From contig CAYPFQ010000002.1 of NCBI GenBank assembly GCA_964410135.1, positions 3,265 to 67,264 on the forward strand: a stretch of DNA of 64,000 bases, in the 5' to 3' direction. Position numbers and translations under genes: made by a program. Position 1 is the first letter of the stretch, and each line of letters starts with the position of its first letter. Of the stretch, positions 48,672 to 59,974 are shown piece after piece. The notes below the pieces were generated by a model. That model had not been told where the DNA came from. It ran no database searches and saw nothing but the letters and a program-made list of their open reading frames with translations. This DNA is from an uncultured Candidatus Bathyarchaeia archaeon (lineage in GTDB: Archaea; Thermoproteota; Bathyarchaeia; RBG-16-48-13; CAYPFQ01).

Positions 48672-49931
48672 ATGGACAAAGATGTAGTTGAGTCTATAGC
48701 AAAAGGGGTAGCGGATGGAAAATTAAAGTTTCACGAAATAGAGGAAAAAGTTGGAAAAGACGCTAACCTCGCTGCAAAAATTAGGTGCAGGGCTCTAGAA
48801 ATTCTTAGAGGCATTTCTCTCTCAAACATTGCAAATCACATTTTAGATTTTAATCGGCTTATCACTCTAAACATTGAGAACCCAATTGGAGCGATCCAGC
48901 TCCCCATAGGAATCGCTGGACCGCTTAAAGTGTCAGGCAGCTATGCAAACGGAGACTTTTACATCCCACTTTGCACGACAGAAGGAGCTCTCGTAGCATC
49001 TGTGAATAGAGGCTGCGCCGCTATCACCAGTTCTGGAGGAGCACATTCCAAAGTCATAAAAGATGGGATAACCCGTGCGCCCCTATTCCGTACCTCATCA
49101 GTAGAAGAAGCACAAACGCTAGCTACATGGGTTCAAGAAAATTTTTCAGAACTTGCTGAAACAGTTTCAAAAGCAGATGCACACTGTCGCTTACAAAAAA
49201 TCGATCCCTATATAGTTGGAAACAACGTCTTCCTCCGATTCTCATTTTCAACCGACGATGCCATGGGAATGAACATGGCTACCATTGCCTGCGACGAATT
49301 CAGAAAAATAATCGAAAATAAACTGCCCTTTGCAAAATGCGTTAGCCTAAGTGGAAACCTTTGCGTTGATAAAAAACCTTCAGCAATGAACTTGATTCAA
49401 GGTCGCGGGAAAACTGTAATCTCAGAAGCAGCTCTCAGAAGATCAATAGTCAAAAAAACTCTAAAAACAACTCCTGAAGGAATCGTTGAAGTTAACTGGA
49501 GGAAAAATTATGTGGGATCTGCACTTGCAGGATCATACGGGTTCAACGCGCATTTCGCGAACATCGTCGCAGCAATATTTCTGGCTACTGGTCAAGATGC
49601 TGCTCAGATAGTTGAGTCAAGCATGGGATTCACGACTGCTGAGGTTCTGGAAAACAGCGATCTCTATATCTCGGTCACATTGCCTTCGCTTGAAGTGGGC
49701 ACGGTGGGAGGCGGTACGAGACTACCTACACAACAAGAAGCGTTAAAAATTCTCGACTGCCAAGGCAGCGGTAATCCACCTGGTGCTAATGCCAAAAAAT
49801 TTGCAGAAATAATCGCTGCCGCAGTGTTGGCAGGTGAGCTTTCCCTTCTATCTGCTCTCTCAGCGCAACAACTTGCAGAAGCTCATGTAAAACTTGGCAG
49901 AGCAGGAGTTAGAAGCGGGCTAAAACCATAG
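48672..49931 (+). CDS. hmgA: HMG-CoA reductase (class I)
   Basis: Motifs ENPIGAIQLP, DAMGMN, GTVGGGT. Start set at the ATG with an RBS. The track's TTG-extended ORF begins at 48648. Confidence 0.9.
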   Translation: MDKDVVESIAKGVADGKLKFHEIEEKVGKDANLAAKIRCRALEILRGISLSNIANHILDFNRLITLNIENPIGAIQLPIGIAGPLKVSGSYANGDFYIPLCTTEGALVASVNRGCAAITSSGGAHSKVIKDGITRAPLFRTSSVEEAQTLATWVQENFSELAETVSKADAHCRLQKIDPYIVGNNVFLRFSFSTDDAMGMNMATIACDEFRKIIENKLPFAKCVSLSGNLCVDKKPSAMNLIQGRGKTVISEAALRRSIVKKTLKTTPEGIVEVNWRKNYVGSALAGSYGFNAHFANIVAAIFLATGQDAAQIVESSMGFTTAEVLENSDLYISVTLPSLEVGTVGGGTRLPTQQEALKILDCQGSGNPPGANAKKFAEIIAAAVLAGELSLLSALSAQQLAEAHVKLGRAGVRSGLKP

Positions 49932-50012
49932 TATTATATAAATAATAATCCAGCGCTGACCCGCAAACAACCATCGTTGCGATTTTTTAAACCATCTTTC
50001 AAGCTAATTTCA

Positions 50013-50031
50013 CGGATTTTCAGTTAATCCG
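50013..50031. promoter_or_regulatory. Perfect 6-bp inverted repeat (CGGATT-N7-AATCCG) just upstream of an AT-rich TATA-like stretch, 5' of nrdD
   Basis: Read directly in the 175-nt intergenic region between hmgA and nrdD. Confidence 0.3.
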
Positions 50032-50133
50032 CGTTAATGCTAGTATAAAATTATATACATTTTTGTCAAATATTTTAAATACCACCATGCGCTATTCTAT
50101 TCTTTCTTGCTACATACGGGGGCTCTTTATTCC

Positions 50134-52242
50134 ATGAGCGAAGTCGTAGAGCATACGGTAGATTCCCTAAAATATTTCCCGCCAGTTAGGACATCTAAAA
50201 TTCAATTTGAAGAATTCAACCCTGAAAAAATTAAGAACTCTCTAATAAAAGAGACAGGTCTCAGCGAAGTCGACGCTGAGGCTATAGCCCAAAAAGTTGC
50301 GGATAGAATTCGCAGAATGGGACTGTGTTTCCTCTCTGGCCCCCTCATACGCGAATTTGTTTGTTCCACGCTTCTCGAATTGGGATATGAAGAGGCCAGA
50401 GCAAAATATACCCGCCTCGGACTACCCGTCTTCGACGTGAGTCACTTGATCACATTAGGCGATAAAGAAAACGCGAATCTTCAGCACAATCCTGAGACGA
50501 TTCATAAACTTGCGGCGGACAGCATGTTCGATCAGTACGCCTTGCTGAGTGCGCTTCAGCCCTTCTTAGCCGATGCCCACATAGGCGGGTTGATTCACGT
50601 TCACGATCTTGAATATTTTGTAACCCGGCCGTTCTGTCAAGAACACGATTTAAGATTCTTTCTCAAAAGGGGGCTCATCGTAGACGGCCAGGGAATTCAC
50701 ACGGCAATCGCTGGTCCGGCCAAGCATCCCGAGGTTGCGATTCTGCACGCTGCAAAGGCGCTGGCGGCAGCTCAGACAAACTGGGCTGGCGGTCAGGGGT
50801 ATGACTTTTTCAATGTTTGGATGGCCCCGTTTATGCAGGGGCTGTCTTACAAGAGAATGAAACAGTTAGCTCAGATGTTCATCTATGAGATGAGTCAGAT
50901 GTATGTGGCGCGGGGAGGGCAGACAGTCTTCTCCTCAATCGCATTGGAGCCGTCCGTCCCAAAGATTGCCCAAGACATTCCAGCCATCCTTCCAGGCGGG
51001 GTTTTGAAAGAAGGTTGTACGTATGGGGATTTTGAGCCAGAAGCAAATCTGTTCTTCAACGCGATAGTCGACGTCTACTTGGAGGGGGACTATCAGGGAA
51101 AACCCTTCAACTTCCCCAAACCTGAAATAAAACTCAGACGCGAATTCATCGACAAGTTTGAGGATGAGTACTTCAAAGTCGCGCAGTTGGCTGCAAAGTT
51201 CGGGTCGCCCTACTTCCTCAATCTCTGCCCAGACTATATGCCCGACATTGTCAACTCGCAATGCTGCCGCTTGATTTTCACTCCGGACAGCGAAGAGCTG
51301 GAGGACTTCCGCGCTGGAAAAGTCAGAATGGGGAGTCTTCAGGTAGTTACCATAAATCTGCCCCAACTTGCGTATGAGGCCAACGGCAATGACACCAAGC
51401 TTTTCGAACTCTTGGACAATCGGATGGACTTGGCCAAAAACGTGCTCCTGATTAAACGTGAAATAATCGGGCGCAGACTAACGGAAGGCGCGCTGCCCTT
51501 TGCCGGAATGGACATGGGCGACGGCCAGCCTTATCTGAACCTTGACAAGCAAATTCTCAACGTAGGGTTTATCGGTCTTACCGAAATGCTGAAAGCACAT
51601 ACGGGATTCGGCCTTCACGAATCCAAGGATGCATGGTGGCTCGGTCTCAAAACAATCAAACATATGGCGGATAGGGTCGCGGAATACTCAAATTCAAATG
51701 AGAATGGTCTCAGATTCGGATGCGTCCAAACTCCGGCCGAAAGTTGCTCGCACCGACTGGCCCTCATAGATGCTAAGCGATATGGTGATAAGGCTGTGGT
51801 GGAGGGCGACAGGCAGAAGGGATCCGTATATTACACCAACAGTTCACATGTGCCTCCGTACGCCGACCTGCCATTAATGGAACGCATTAACATCGAGGCG
51901 AGCTTCCATCCATTGACCCGCGGAGGCGCTATACTGCACGTGTGGCTTGGGGAGGCAAATCCCGACCCGTCAGCGATATGGCAGTTGACCCATCGGATAG
52001 CCATACAAAGCCTAACCGCCTATTTCGCATATACCAAGGATCTGACCATATGTACAGGATGCTCGAAGGTTCATTCTGGGCTAGTTCCCACATGTCCTAA
52101 CTGCGGTGCCACGGGGGATGCGCTTGAATGGTGGTCGAGAATAACAGGCTACTACCAACGTGTCAAAAGCTGGAATGCAGGTAAGCGTGCAGAATTCGCT
52201 GAAAGACGCCGATATTCAATAGGGCCCGTTGCAAGTGCCTGA
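50134..52242 (+). CDS. nrdD: Anaerobic ribonucleoside-triphosphate reductase (class III, NrdD)
   Basis: C-terminal zinc site CTGCS...CPNCG and glycyl-radical motif SRITGYYQRV. Start set at the ATG. The track's TTG ORF begins at 50107. Confidence 0.85.
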   Translation: MSEVVEHTVDSLKYFPPVRTSKIQFEEFNPEKIKNSLIKETGLSEVDAEAIAQKVADRIRRMGLCFLSGPLIREFVCSTLLELGYEEARAKYTRLGLPVFDVSHLITLGDKENANLQHNPETIHKLAADSMFDQYALLSALQPFLADAHIGGLIHVHDLEYFVTRPFCQEHDLRFFLKRGLIVDGQGIHTAIAGPAKHPEVAILHAAKALAAAQTNWAGGQGYDFFNVWMAPFMQGLSYKRMKQLAQMFIYEMSQMYVARGGQTVFSSIALEPSVPKIAQDIPAILPGGVLKEGCTYGDFEPEANLFFNAIVDVYLEGDYQGKPFNFPKPEIKLRREFIDKFEDEYFKVAQLAAKFGSPYFLNLCPDYMPDIVNSQCCRLIFTPDSEELEDFRAGKVRMGSLQVVTINLPQLAYEANGNDTKLFELLDNRMDLAKNVLLIKREIIGRRLTEGALPFAGMDMGDGQPYLNLDKQILNVGFIGLTEMLKAHTGFGLHESKDAWWLGLKTIKHMADRVAEYSNSNENGLRFGCVQTPAESCSHRLALIDAKRYGDKAVVEGDRQKGSVYYTNSSHVPPYADLPLMERINIEASFHPLTRGGAILHVWLGEANPDPSAIWQLTHRIAIQSLTAYFAYTKDLTICTGCSKVHSGLVPTCPNCGATGDALEWWSRITGYYQRVKSWNAGKRAEFAERRRYSIGPVASA

Positions 52243-52264
52243 TGCGAGGCTCCATAGTCTTTTT

Positions 52265-53206
<942 letters not shown>

Positions 53207-53343
53207 TCAAGCATTTTGTAACTATGTCTTATTTTAAGGTGTTTTGGGTCTGTTGGCACGAGAGTTACGCTAGGCACAAAAATGCCAAATAGTATCTTTG
53301 TAACAAATTTTCAAGACGGCTACGTGGTTTGGTAGGCTTGGGG

Positions 53344-53820
53344 ATGCAAGGTTTGATAAAGGAAGCAGAATTGCGTGTTAAAAAAATTCGCGAGGGAACG
53401 GTTATCGACCATATTGCTTCAGGATACGCCTTGTCGGTGTTGCGTTTTCTGGGTATAACTGGACGTGAGGGAGCAGTGCTGAGCGTACTTCTTAACGTTC
53501 CAAGTAGAAAGCTGGGGAGGAAGGACGTAATCAAAATTGAGGAGCGCGAATTGAACCCGGAAGAAGTTGATAAGATCGCGCTTATCGCACCTAGAGCAAC
53601 CATCAACATTATACGCGACTTCAAAGTGGTTGAGAAGAAGAGGGTTAAGCTTCCCAAAGTTATCCGTGGACTAATTAAATGTGCTAATCCGACCTGTGTG
53701 TCAAATAAGAGCGAGCCCATCCAACCCATGTTTTTGGTGGAGAAAGAGGAACCGTTACGTCTAAGATGTTACTACTGTCATACAATCATGGAGAGGGATG
53801 ATATCCTAAATCAGTTTTAA
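53344..53820 (+). CDS. pyrI: Aspartate carbamoyltransferase regulatory subunit
   Basis: N-terminal EGTVIDHI and a C-terminal zinc domain CANPTC...CYYC. Start taken at the ATG (MQGLIK). Confidence 0.9.
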   Translation: MQGLIKEAELRVKKIREGTVIDHIASGYALSVLRFLGITGREGAVLSVLLNVPSRKLGRKDVIKIEERELNPEEVDKIALIAPRATINIIRDFKVVEKKRVKLPKVIRGLIKCANPTCVSNKSEPIQPMFLVEKEEPLRLRCYYCHTIMERDDILNQF

Positions 53821-53857
53821 ATCTAAGTATTGCTAATTTATTGTAACCTAAAAAAGT

Positions 53858-54181
53858 GTGGAACCAATGTCCGACGCATTCGAAGCCATTATCAAGGCGG
53901 AAGCTAAAGCCAAGGAGATCATAACCAAAGCACAGCAGAAGGCTGAAACGATTAAGAAAGAGGGCGAGATAGAGGCTCAGAGAACCTATGAGAAAACCTA
54001 TAATAAAGAGGTTGAAAACGCGAAACGCCGCGCCAAAGAAATAGTCGAGGAGGCTAAGGCTTCAGCTGACAAGGAAGCTGCAAAAAAGGCTCGAGGTGCT
54101 GTTGACTATTCAAAGGCTAGAAAGAAAGTTGACGCTATTGCCGATGAAATAGTTCGGAAACTTATTCAATTTCAAATTTAA
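53858..54181 (+). CDS. atpH: A-type ATP synthase subunit H
   Basis: About 105-aa Lys/Glu/Ala-rich coiled-coil peripheral-stalk protein at the head of the atp cluster. The ATG at 53867 is an alternative start. Confidence 0.65.
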   Translation: MEPMSDAFEAIIKAEAKAKEIITKAQQKAETIKKEGEIEAQRTYEKTYNKEVENAKRRAKEIVEEAKASADKEAAKKARGAVDYSKARKKVDAIADEIVRKLIQFQI

Positions 54182-54196
54182 TCCGAGGTTCCTGCA

Positions 54197-54850
54197 TTGA
54201 GTAAAGCCAAACAAAGGATCTCCACCTCCACCAAGTCTCTTACTGACAAAATCGAAAATGATGCTGAGAAAAAGGCGAATAAACTTGTGGAAGAGGCTAG
54301 AAAGGCTGCTGAAGCCCTACTAGAGAAGAGGAATAAAGACGCCGTAGAGAAAGCCCGGCAGGATATGCAATATCTAATTGATTCGGCTAAATCCGAGGCA
54401 GAAAAAATCCGGGCGATCGCCGTAGAGAAAGTTGAAAAACAATATAAGACGACGGACCTCTCAGAAAAAGAGGAGCTTATTTCACATGTTTTCGAATCTG
54501 TTAAAACCAAGATGAAGGCCTTCGCCAGCCAGAAAGACTATCAAGATTATCTTGAGAGGCTTATCCTCGAAGGTGCAAATGCGTTGAAAGGCGGAGACCT
54601 TGAGGTGCTCCTCAATGAAAATGACGCTAATCTCAGGTTGGATTTACAGAAGACTTCGAAGACAGTTGCAGCTGATGTCGGTAAGCCAACCACGATAAAA
54701 GTGCTTCCTGGTAAGCTTTCTGGCATTGGAGGCGCCGCGATAAGGTCGGCTGATGGAAAGATAGCGGTAGACAACTCGATTGAGGGTATCATTGAACGCG
54801 AATCAAGGAAGTTGCGACTCATTATGGCGAAGGGGCTTTTCGGTGCATAA
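54197..54850 (+). CDS. atpE: A-type ATP synthase subunit E
   Basis: 217 aa with an N-terminal coiled coil and a globular C-terminus, typical of V/A-type subunit E. Confidence 0.75.
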   Translation: MSKAKQRISTSTKSLTDKIENDAEKKANKLVEEARKAAEALLEKRNKDAVEKARQDMQYLIDSAKSEAEKIRAIAVEKVEKQYKTTDLSEKEELISHVFESVKTKMKAFASQKDYQDYLERLILEGANALKGGDLEVLLNENDANLRLDLQKTSKTVAADVGKPTTIKVLPGKLSGIGGAAIRSADGKIAVDNSIEGIIERESRKLRLIMAKGLFGA

Positions 54851-54862
54851 AAAGGTGGTATT

Positions 54863-55186
54863 ATGGCTAAACTCGCGGTGGTAGCTGACATCGATACTGC
54901 GGTTTGCTTCAAGCTTGCTGGGGTGAAAAACAGCTATCCAGTTAAGACCGCTGCTGAAGCTGAGAGGATTATTTCAGATCTTTCAAAGAAACCCGACTTT
55001 GCCGCCATAATAACAACCGAGCGCATTGCTGACGAAATACAGGCTACGGTAGAGAAAATTACAAAAGAACGTGAATACCCGCTTATAATAGCCATCCCCG
55101 ATAAGCAGGGAGCAATTACCAGAAAAGTAGAACCCCTTGCACAATTGATCAAACGTACAATTGGAGTTGAAATAAAGGTAGGGTAA
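54863..55186 (+). CDS. atpF: A-type ATP synthase subunit F
   Basis: 107 aa, N-terminus [21 protein letters not shown], typical of subunit F. Confidence 0.75.
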   Translation: MAKLAVVADIDTAVCFKLAGVKNSYPVKTAAEAERIISDLSKKPDFAAIITTERIADEIQATVEKITKEREYPLIIAIPDKQGAITRKVEPLAQLIKRTIGVEIKVG

Positions 55187-55190
55187 TCAC

Positions 55191-56954
55191 ATGGTAAAAG
55201 GGCTCATCACACATATCGCAGGTCCAGTAGTCGTCGCCAAGAATATGACCGGCTCACAAATGTACGAGCTGGTGAAAGTGGGCGAATCAGGTTTAATCGG
55301 GGAAATTATCCGAATTATAGGCGATAAGGTCACAATCCAAGTATACGAGGAAACCAGCGGCATGGGACCTGGAGAACCTGTAGAAGGGACTGGGAAACCA
55401 CTTTCCGTAGAACTTGGACCTGGACTTATTGGACAAATCTATGATGGAATTCAACGTCCCCTCCCCAGCATTCAAGATGTAGCAGGAGCATTTATTCGAA
55501 GAGGCATCGTGGTTCCAGCCCTAGACCGAGAAAAGAAATGGCACTTTACTCCCATGCTCAAAAAGGGCGCTAAGGTTGTTGCAGGCGATATTCTTGGCAC
55601 AGTACCAGAAACACCACTGGTCACCCAGAAGATACTCGTTCCACCAGGAGTTGAAGGAACACTAAAGTCAATTGTAAATGCAGGCGACTACAAAATCACT
55701 GAAACTATCGCAGAGGTTGAAACAGCTCACGGGACAGAAGCTCTACGGCTAGCTCATTCCTGGCCAGTGCGAAAGCCCAGACCGTACAAGAGTAAAGTTC
55801 CCTCTGAGGTGCCGCTGATCACTGGACAGCGGATTATAGACGCGCTGTTTCCAATCCCTAAAGGAGGGACTGCCTGCATCCCAGGCGGCTTTGGCACTGG
55901 TAAGACGGTTATGCAGCATCAACTTGCCCAGTGGGCTGATGCAAACATAATAATCTTCGTGGGGTGTGGCGAGCGTGGAAATGAGATGGCTGAGGTTCTT
56001 GAACGATTCCCACACCTTACTGATCCCCAATCAGGTAAGCCGCTTATGAACCGAACTATTCTTATTGCTAACACCTCGAATATGCCGATCGCCGCGAGGG
56101 AGGCAAGCGTTTATACTGGTATAACTCTCGGCGAATATTTCCGTGATATGGGCTACACGGTTGCATTGATGGCCGACTCGACATCTCGCTGGGCTGAGGC
56201 TTTGCGTGAAATTTCAGGCAGACTGGAGGAGCTGCCTGGTGAAGAGGGTTATCCTGCATACCTAGCCTCAAGGCTGGCTGAGTTCTATGAGCGTTCAGGC
56301 AGGGTGGTGACCCTTGGCAGCGAAGATAGGATCGGTTCCATTGCCGTAATAGGCGCTGTATCCCCTCCAGGCGCCGACTTTTCAGAGCCCGTGACCCAGA
56401 ACACCCTCCGAATAACTAAGGTCTTCTGGGGGCTTGACACCGCACTAGCTCAAAGACGCCATTTTCCAGCCATAAACTGGCTGACAAGCTATTCACTCTA
56501 CTCTGAAACATTGAGGGATTGGCATGACCAGAACGTGAGCGCGGAATGGTCGAAGATGCTGGAGGAAGCCATGTACCTGCTACAGCGCGACGAAGAGCTG
56601 CGAGAAATAGTAATGTTAGTAGGGCCGGATGCGCTTTCTGAAAGCCAGCGGCTGATACTTGAGGCAGCAAGAATAATCAAAGAAGACTTTCTAAGGCAGA
56701 GCGCTTACCATCCTGTTGACAGCTACTGCTCAATTCAAAAAACGTATCGCATGCTCCACCTAATCTTGAAGTTTTACGACCGTATGAAAACTTCAGTTGA
56801 GCAAGGAGTACCATTAGAGAAGATACTGGCTTTACCTGTAAAGGAGGAGATCGCACGCATGAAGATCGCGCCATCGAAAGATTTCGATAAATTTAGCGCA
56901 GACCTTGAAAAACGGCTCAATATTGAGTTTAACAAGCTTGTAGGAGAGGCTTAG
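55191..56954 (+). CDS. atpA: A-type ATP synthase catalytic subunit A
   Basis: P-loop GGFGTGKTV and the non-homologous insert region typical of A subunits. 587 aa. Confidence 0.95.
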   Translation: MVKGLITHIAGPVVVAKNMTGSQMYELVKVGESGLIGEIIRIIGDKVTIQVYEETSGMGPGEPVEGTGKPLSVELGPGLIGQIYDGIQRPLPSIQDVAGAFIRRGIVVPALDREKKWHFTPMLKKGAKVVAGDILGTVPETPLVTQKILVPPGVEGTLKSIVNAGDYKITETIAEVETAHGTEALRLAHSWPVRKPRPYKSKVPSEVPLITGQRIIDALFPIPKGGTACIPGGFGTGKTVMQHQLAQWADANIIIFVGCGERGNEMAEVLERFPHLTDPQSGKPLMNRTILIANTSNMPIAAREASVYTGITLGEYFRDMGYTVALMADSTSRWAEALREISGRLEELPGEEGYPAYLASRLAEFYERSGRVVTLGSEDRIGSIAVIGAVSPPGADFSEPVTQNTLRITKVFWGLDTALAQRRHFPAINWLTSYSLYSETLRDWHDQNVSAEWSKMLEEAMYLLQRDEELREIVMLVGPDALSESQRLILEAARIIKEDFLRQSAYHPVDSYCSIQKTYRMLHLILKFYDRMKTSVEQGVPLEKILALPVKEEIARMKIAPSKDFDKFSADLEKRLNIEFNKLVGEA

Positions 56955-56959
56955 GCTAA

Positions 56960-58363
56960 ATGAGCACCTTAACTTCCACAGGCCGAGAATTTAAAACCAT
57001 CCGCGAGATGTCAGGTCCACTGATTTTTGTTGAGGATGTAAGTGGAGTAAGATTTGGAGAATTGGTTAAAATCATCACTCCAAGCGGAGAGGAACGGAGA
57101 GGCCAGGTGCTCGAAGTTGGAGAAGGAATGGCTGTCATCCAAGTGTTTGAGGGCACAACAGGGCTTGACGTTAAGAAGACGGCGGTGCGGTTCATAGGTG
57201 AAACCATCAAACTACCTGTCTCAACCGACATGCTTGGGCGGTCATTTGATGGAAGTGGCCAGCCGATTGACGGTCTACCTGAACTTATCCCAGATGATGA
57301 GCGCGATATCCATGGGTCGCCAATGAACCCCTATTCACGGGCATTTCCAACGGATTTTATTCAAACTGGGATTTCCACCATTGATGGTATGAACACCCTT
57401 GTGCGAGGACAGAAACTGCCTCTGTTCTCTGGTTCAGGTCTTCCCCACAATCTGCTTGCAGCTCAAATCGTGCGTCAAGCCACCGTAAGGGGCATGAAAG
57501 AGGAATTTACCATGGTGTTTGCTGCTATGGGGATCACTGCTGAAGAAGCTAGGTTCTTCAGAGATGACTTTGAAAAACGCGGAGCACTTGGGCGCGTCAT
57601 AATGTTCATAAACTTGGCTGATGATCCTGCGATTGAGCGGCTTATCACTCCGAGATTAGCACTTACTGCAGCCGAGTACATCGCGTATGAGCATGATGTG
57701 CACGTGCTCGTAGTTCTAACTGATATGACGAATTACTGCGAGGCTCTGCGTGAGATCTCAGCGGCACGAGAAGAAATCCCCGGCAGGCGCGGCTATCCCG
57801 GATACATGTACACTGACTTGGCTACAGTCTATGAACGGGCTGGAAGGATCCATGGCAAAAAGGGCTCGATCACCCAGATGCCGATTTTGACAATGCCACA
57901 TGACGACATGACTCATCCAGTACCAGACTTGACTGGCTATATCACCGAGGGACAGATATTCCTTGATAGGGGTTTGCATCGGAAGGGAATCTATCCGCCG
58001 ATCGACCCGTTGCCCTCCCTTTCTCGATTAATGGATGAGGGAATCGGTGAAGGCAAAACTAGAGAGGATCACCGCCAAGTGGCTGACCAACTGTACTATG
58101 CTTATGCTGAGGGAAGAGGGCTTCGGGACTTAGTGGCAGTTGTAGGCGAGGAGGCGTTAACAGGCAGAGACAAGCTTTACCTCCAGTTTGCAGACAGTTT
58201 CGAGAAATCATTCATCAAACAAGGTCCTTACGAGAACCGGGATGTTGAGAAAACGCTGGACACTGGCTGGGAATTGTTATCAGCATTTCCTGAAACTGAG
58301 TTAAAACGAGTCGATCCTGAAATCATAAAGAAATTCCATCTCAAATATCGTTCTCAAAAGTGA
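56960..58363 (+). CDS. atpB: A-type ATP synthase subunit B
   Basis: 467-aa regulatory B subunit with the conserved SGSGLPHN and TDMTNY blocks. Confidence 0.95.
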   Translation: MSTLTSTGREFKTIREMSGPLIFVEDVSGVRFGELVKIITPSGEERRGQVLEVGEGMAVIQVFEGTTGLDVKKTAVRFIGETIKLPVSTDMLGRSFDGSGQPIDGLPELIPDDERDIHGSPMNPYSRAFPTDFIQTGISTIDGMNTLVRGQKLPLFSGSGLPHNLLAAQIVRQATVRGMKEEFTMVFAAMGITAEEARFFRDDFEKRGALGRVIMFINLADDPAIERLITPRLALTAAEYIAYEHDVHVLVVLTDMTNYCEALREISAAREEIPGRRGYPGYMYTDLATVYERAGRIHGKKGSITQMPILTMPHDDMTHPVPDLTGYITEGQIFLDRGLHRKGIYPPIDPLPSLSRLMDEGIGEGKTREDHRQVADQLYYAYAEGRGLRDLVAVVGEEALTGRDKLYLQFADSFEKSFIKQGPYENRDVEKTLDTGWELLSAFPETELKRVDPEIIKKFHLKYRSQK

Positions 58364-58406
58364 AGGGGATAAGTGGCATTTGACTGCAGCAGCCGCAAGC
58401 GCTCGT

Positions 58407-59057
58407 ATGACACGCATGGAGCTCCTGATGCTCAAGCGTAGAAAGAACTTAGCTGAACGTGGACGTGAACTGCTGCAGGAGAAGTTAGACGCATTAATCA
58501 TGGAATTTTTCGAATTCATACGTGAAATTGAAACATTGCGCACTCAAGTTCAAAAGACTCTCAGCGAAGCCTATGATGCTTTTACTGATGCACAGGTTGT
58601 TATTGGCACTAGGAAACTTAGGCAAGTAGCATTTGCTGTTACATATGATCGGTTTGATATAGAAACAAGGAGTAGGAATGTGATGGGTATCGCTCTGCCC
58701 GTGTTCCAACTTAATGAGATGGCTGTGGTCAAACCGCTTCAGCGCTATAATGTTGCTGAGACTTCGGCTAAGTTGGATGACGCTGTTTTGAAGATTGATG
58801 AGGTATTGAAGACTATCATAATTCTGGCTGAAACCGAGGCCGCGGTGAGAAGGCTTGCCGAAGTTATAATCTTCACGAAACGGCGGGTGAACGCCCTCAA
58901 ATTCATCTTCATACCTAGACTTGAAAATACAATCCGATTCATTGAAATGTACCTAGCGGAACGAGAACGAGAAGACTTCTTCCGATTAAAGAGAATAAAA
59001 GCTAGATTGGAACGGGCTGAGGAAGAAATCGAAGCTCCTATGGCTGTATCGGTCTAG
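58407..59057 (+). CDS. atpD: A-type ATP synthase subunit D
   Basis: N-terminus MTRMELLMLKRR with a long coiled coil. Start taken at the ATG. The track ORF begins at TTG 58380. Confidence 0.8.
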   Translation: MTRMELLMLKRRKNLAERGRELLQEKLDALIMEFFEFIREIETLRTQVQKTLSEAYDAFTDAQVVIGTRKLRQVAFAVTYDRFDIETRSRNVMGIALPVFQLNEMAVVKPLQRYNVAETSAKLDDAVLKIDEVLKTIIILAETEAAVRRLAEVIIFTKRRVNALKFIFIPRLENTIRFIEMYLAEREREDFFRLKRIKARLERAEEEIEAPMAVSV

Positions 59058-59086
59058 TTCCGTGTTTCGGCAGAGGCTTCAGTGCT

Positions 59087-59108
59087 TCTTATTTTTTCAT
59101 TTTTTGAA
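59087..59108. terminator. Oligo-T tract between convergent atpD and NAC genes (archaeal-type terminator)
   Basis: Sequence TCTTATTTTTTCATTTTTTG lies directly after the atpD stop. On the opposite strand it reads as an oligo-A tract for NAC. Confidence 0.4.
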
Positions 59109-59116
59109 GGTTCTGC

Positions 59117-59473
59117 TTAGCTTACCTGTTTTTGCTGGCGCAGTAGTAGTATTGCTTTGGCAAGGTCGCCGTCTGTTTGTTCTAATGCCTTCTTAGCTTC
59201 ATCTAAGCTAACATTTGTTTGCTGGGCAACTAACTGGGCATCCGCGTCTGGAATGTCACGTTTTGTTTCAACTGTCTTTTCAGATATGGTTCCTGCTATT
59301 TGGAACATTTTCTCTCCTTTGATTTCCATTATTGTGACATCTGGATTATCGATAACAATTTCCTTGTCTGCAGTTTTGATAATTACCTGGTGCGCATCCG
59401 CTACCTCCTCAAATTTAACGCCCATCTGGTGCATGAGGCGTCTTGCATCCCGTGAGCCAAGTTTTCGCATCAA
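59117..59473 (-). CDS. nac: Nascent polypeptide-associated complex protein (NAC alpha, with UBA)
   Basis: NAC domain (VIIKTADKEIVIDNP...MEIKG) and a C-terminal UBA-like segment. Confidence 0.8.
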   Translation of the reverse strand: MMRKLGSRDARRLMHQMGVKFEEVADAHQVIIKTADKEIVIDNPDVTIMEIKGEKMFQIAGTISEKTVETKRDIPDADAQLVAQQTNVSLDEAKKALEQTDGDLAKAILLLRQQKQVS

Positions 59474-59479
59474 ATTGAA

Positions 59480-59956
59480 TCACTCATCCAAGCCTCTACG
59501 AACTTTTACCGCTACCCCTCTTTTAAACGCTAGCATCTCCTCTCCATTTAACAGTGCCTTTCCAACAGCTAAAACTTCGTCCTTACTGTTGGTAACTACG
59601 ACTTCCTCATATGGGCGGATCTCTGAGTCGACTTCAACCACATGTTTCGCGAACACGTTACGTCCAGAAGCTATGAAACTTGCTACCTCCTCCTTAACTA
59701 TTACCCTGAATCTGGGGCTTGGAAAAGCTTCTACCAAGCGCTTGGAGCCGTTCAAAGTCAATGCTAGCATCCCATCCCTAGCTCGCAGTGTGGCTAGTAG
59801 AGTTTTGCCCAGGAAGATGAAGCGGATTTTGCCAGTAGTTCTTGAAAGTTTCACCTCGATGTCATCTGGGAACAACGCCTCCCCCGCACCCTTCCCAAAC
59901 TGGTAATTAGCTATTCCTCTAATTTTCCTAAGAGTAGCTTGTCGATCCATTTCCAA
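59480..59956 (-). CDS. PUA-domain RNA-binding protein
   Basis: C-terminal PUA-like pseudobarrel (VVVTNSKDEVLAVGKAL...GVAVKVRRG). The true start is likely the internal ATG (MDRQ). Confidence 0.55.
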   Translation of the reverse strand: MEMDRQATLRKIRGIANYQFGKGAGEALFPDDIEVKLSRTTGKIRFIFLGKTLLATLRARDGMLALTLNGSKRLVEAFPSPRFRVIVKEEVASFIASGRNVFAKHVVEVDSEIRPYEEVVVTNSKDEVLAVGKALLNGEEMLAFKRGVAVKVRRGLDE

Positions 59957-59974
59957 GTCGCTTCAACCGCAATA

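Noticed and set aside
53265-53729. 154-aa minus-strand ORF
   Set aside because: Antisense to the well-supported pyrI gene. Low-complexity S/L-rich translation.
59157-59906. 249-aa plus-strand ORF
   Set aside because: Antisense to NAC and the PUA-domain gene. S/T/A-rich low-complexity product with no motifs.
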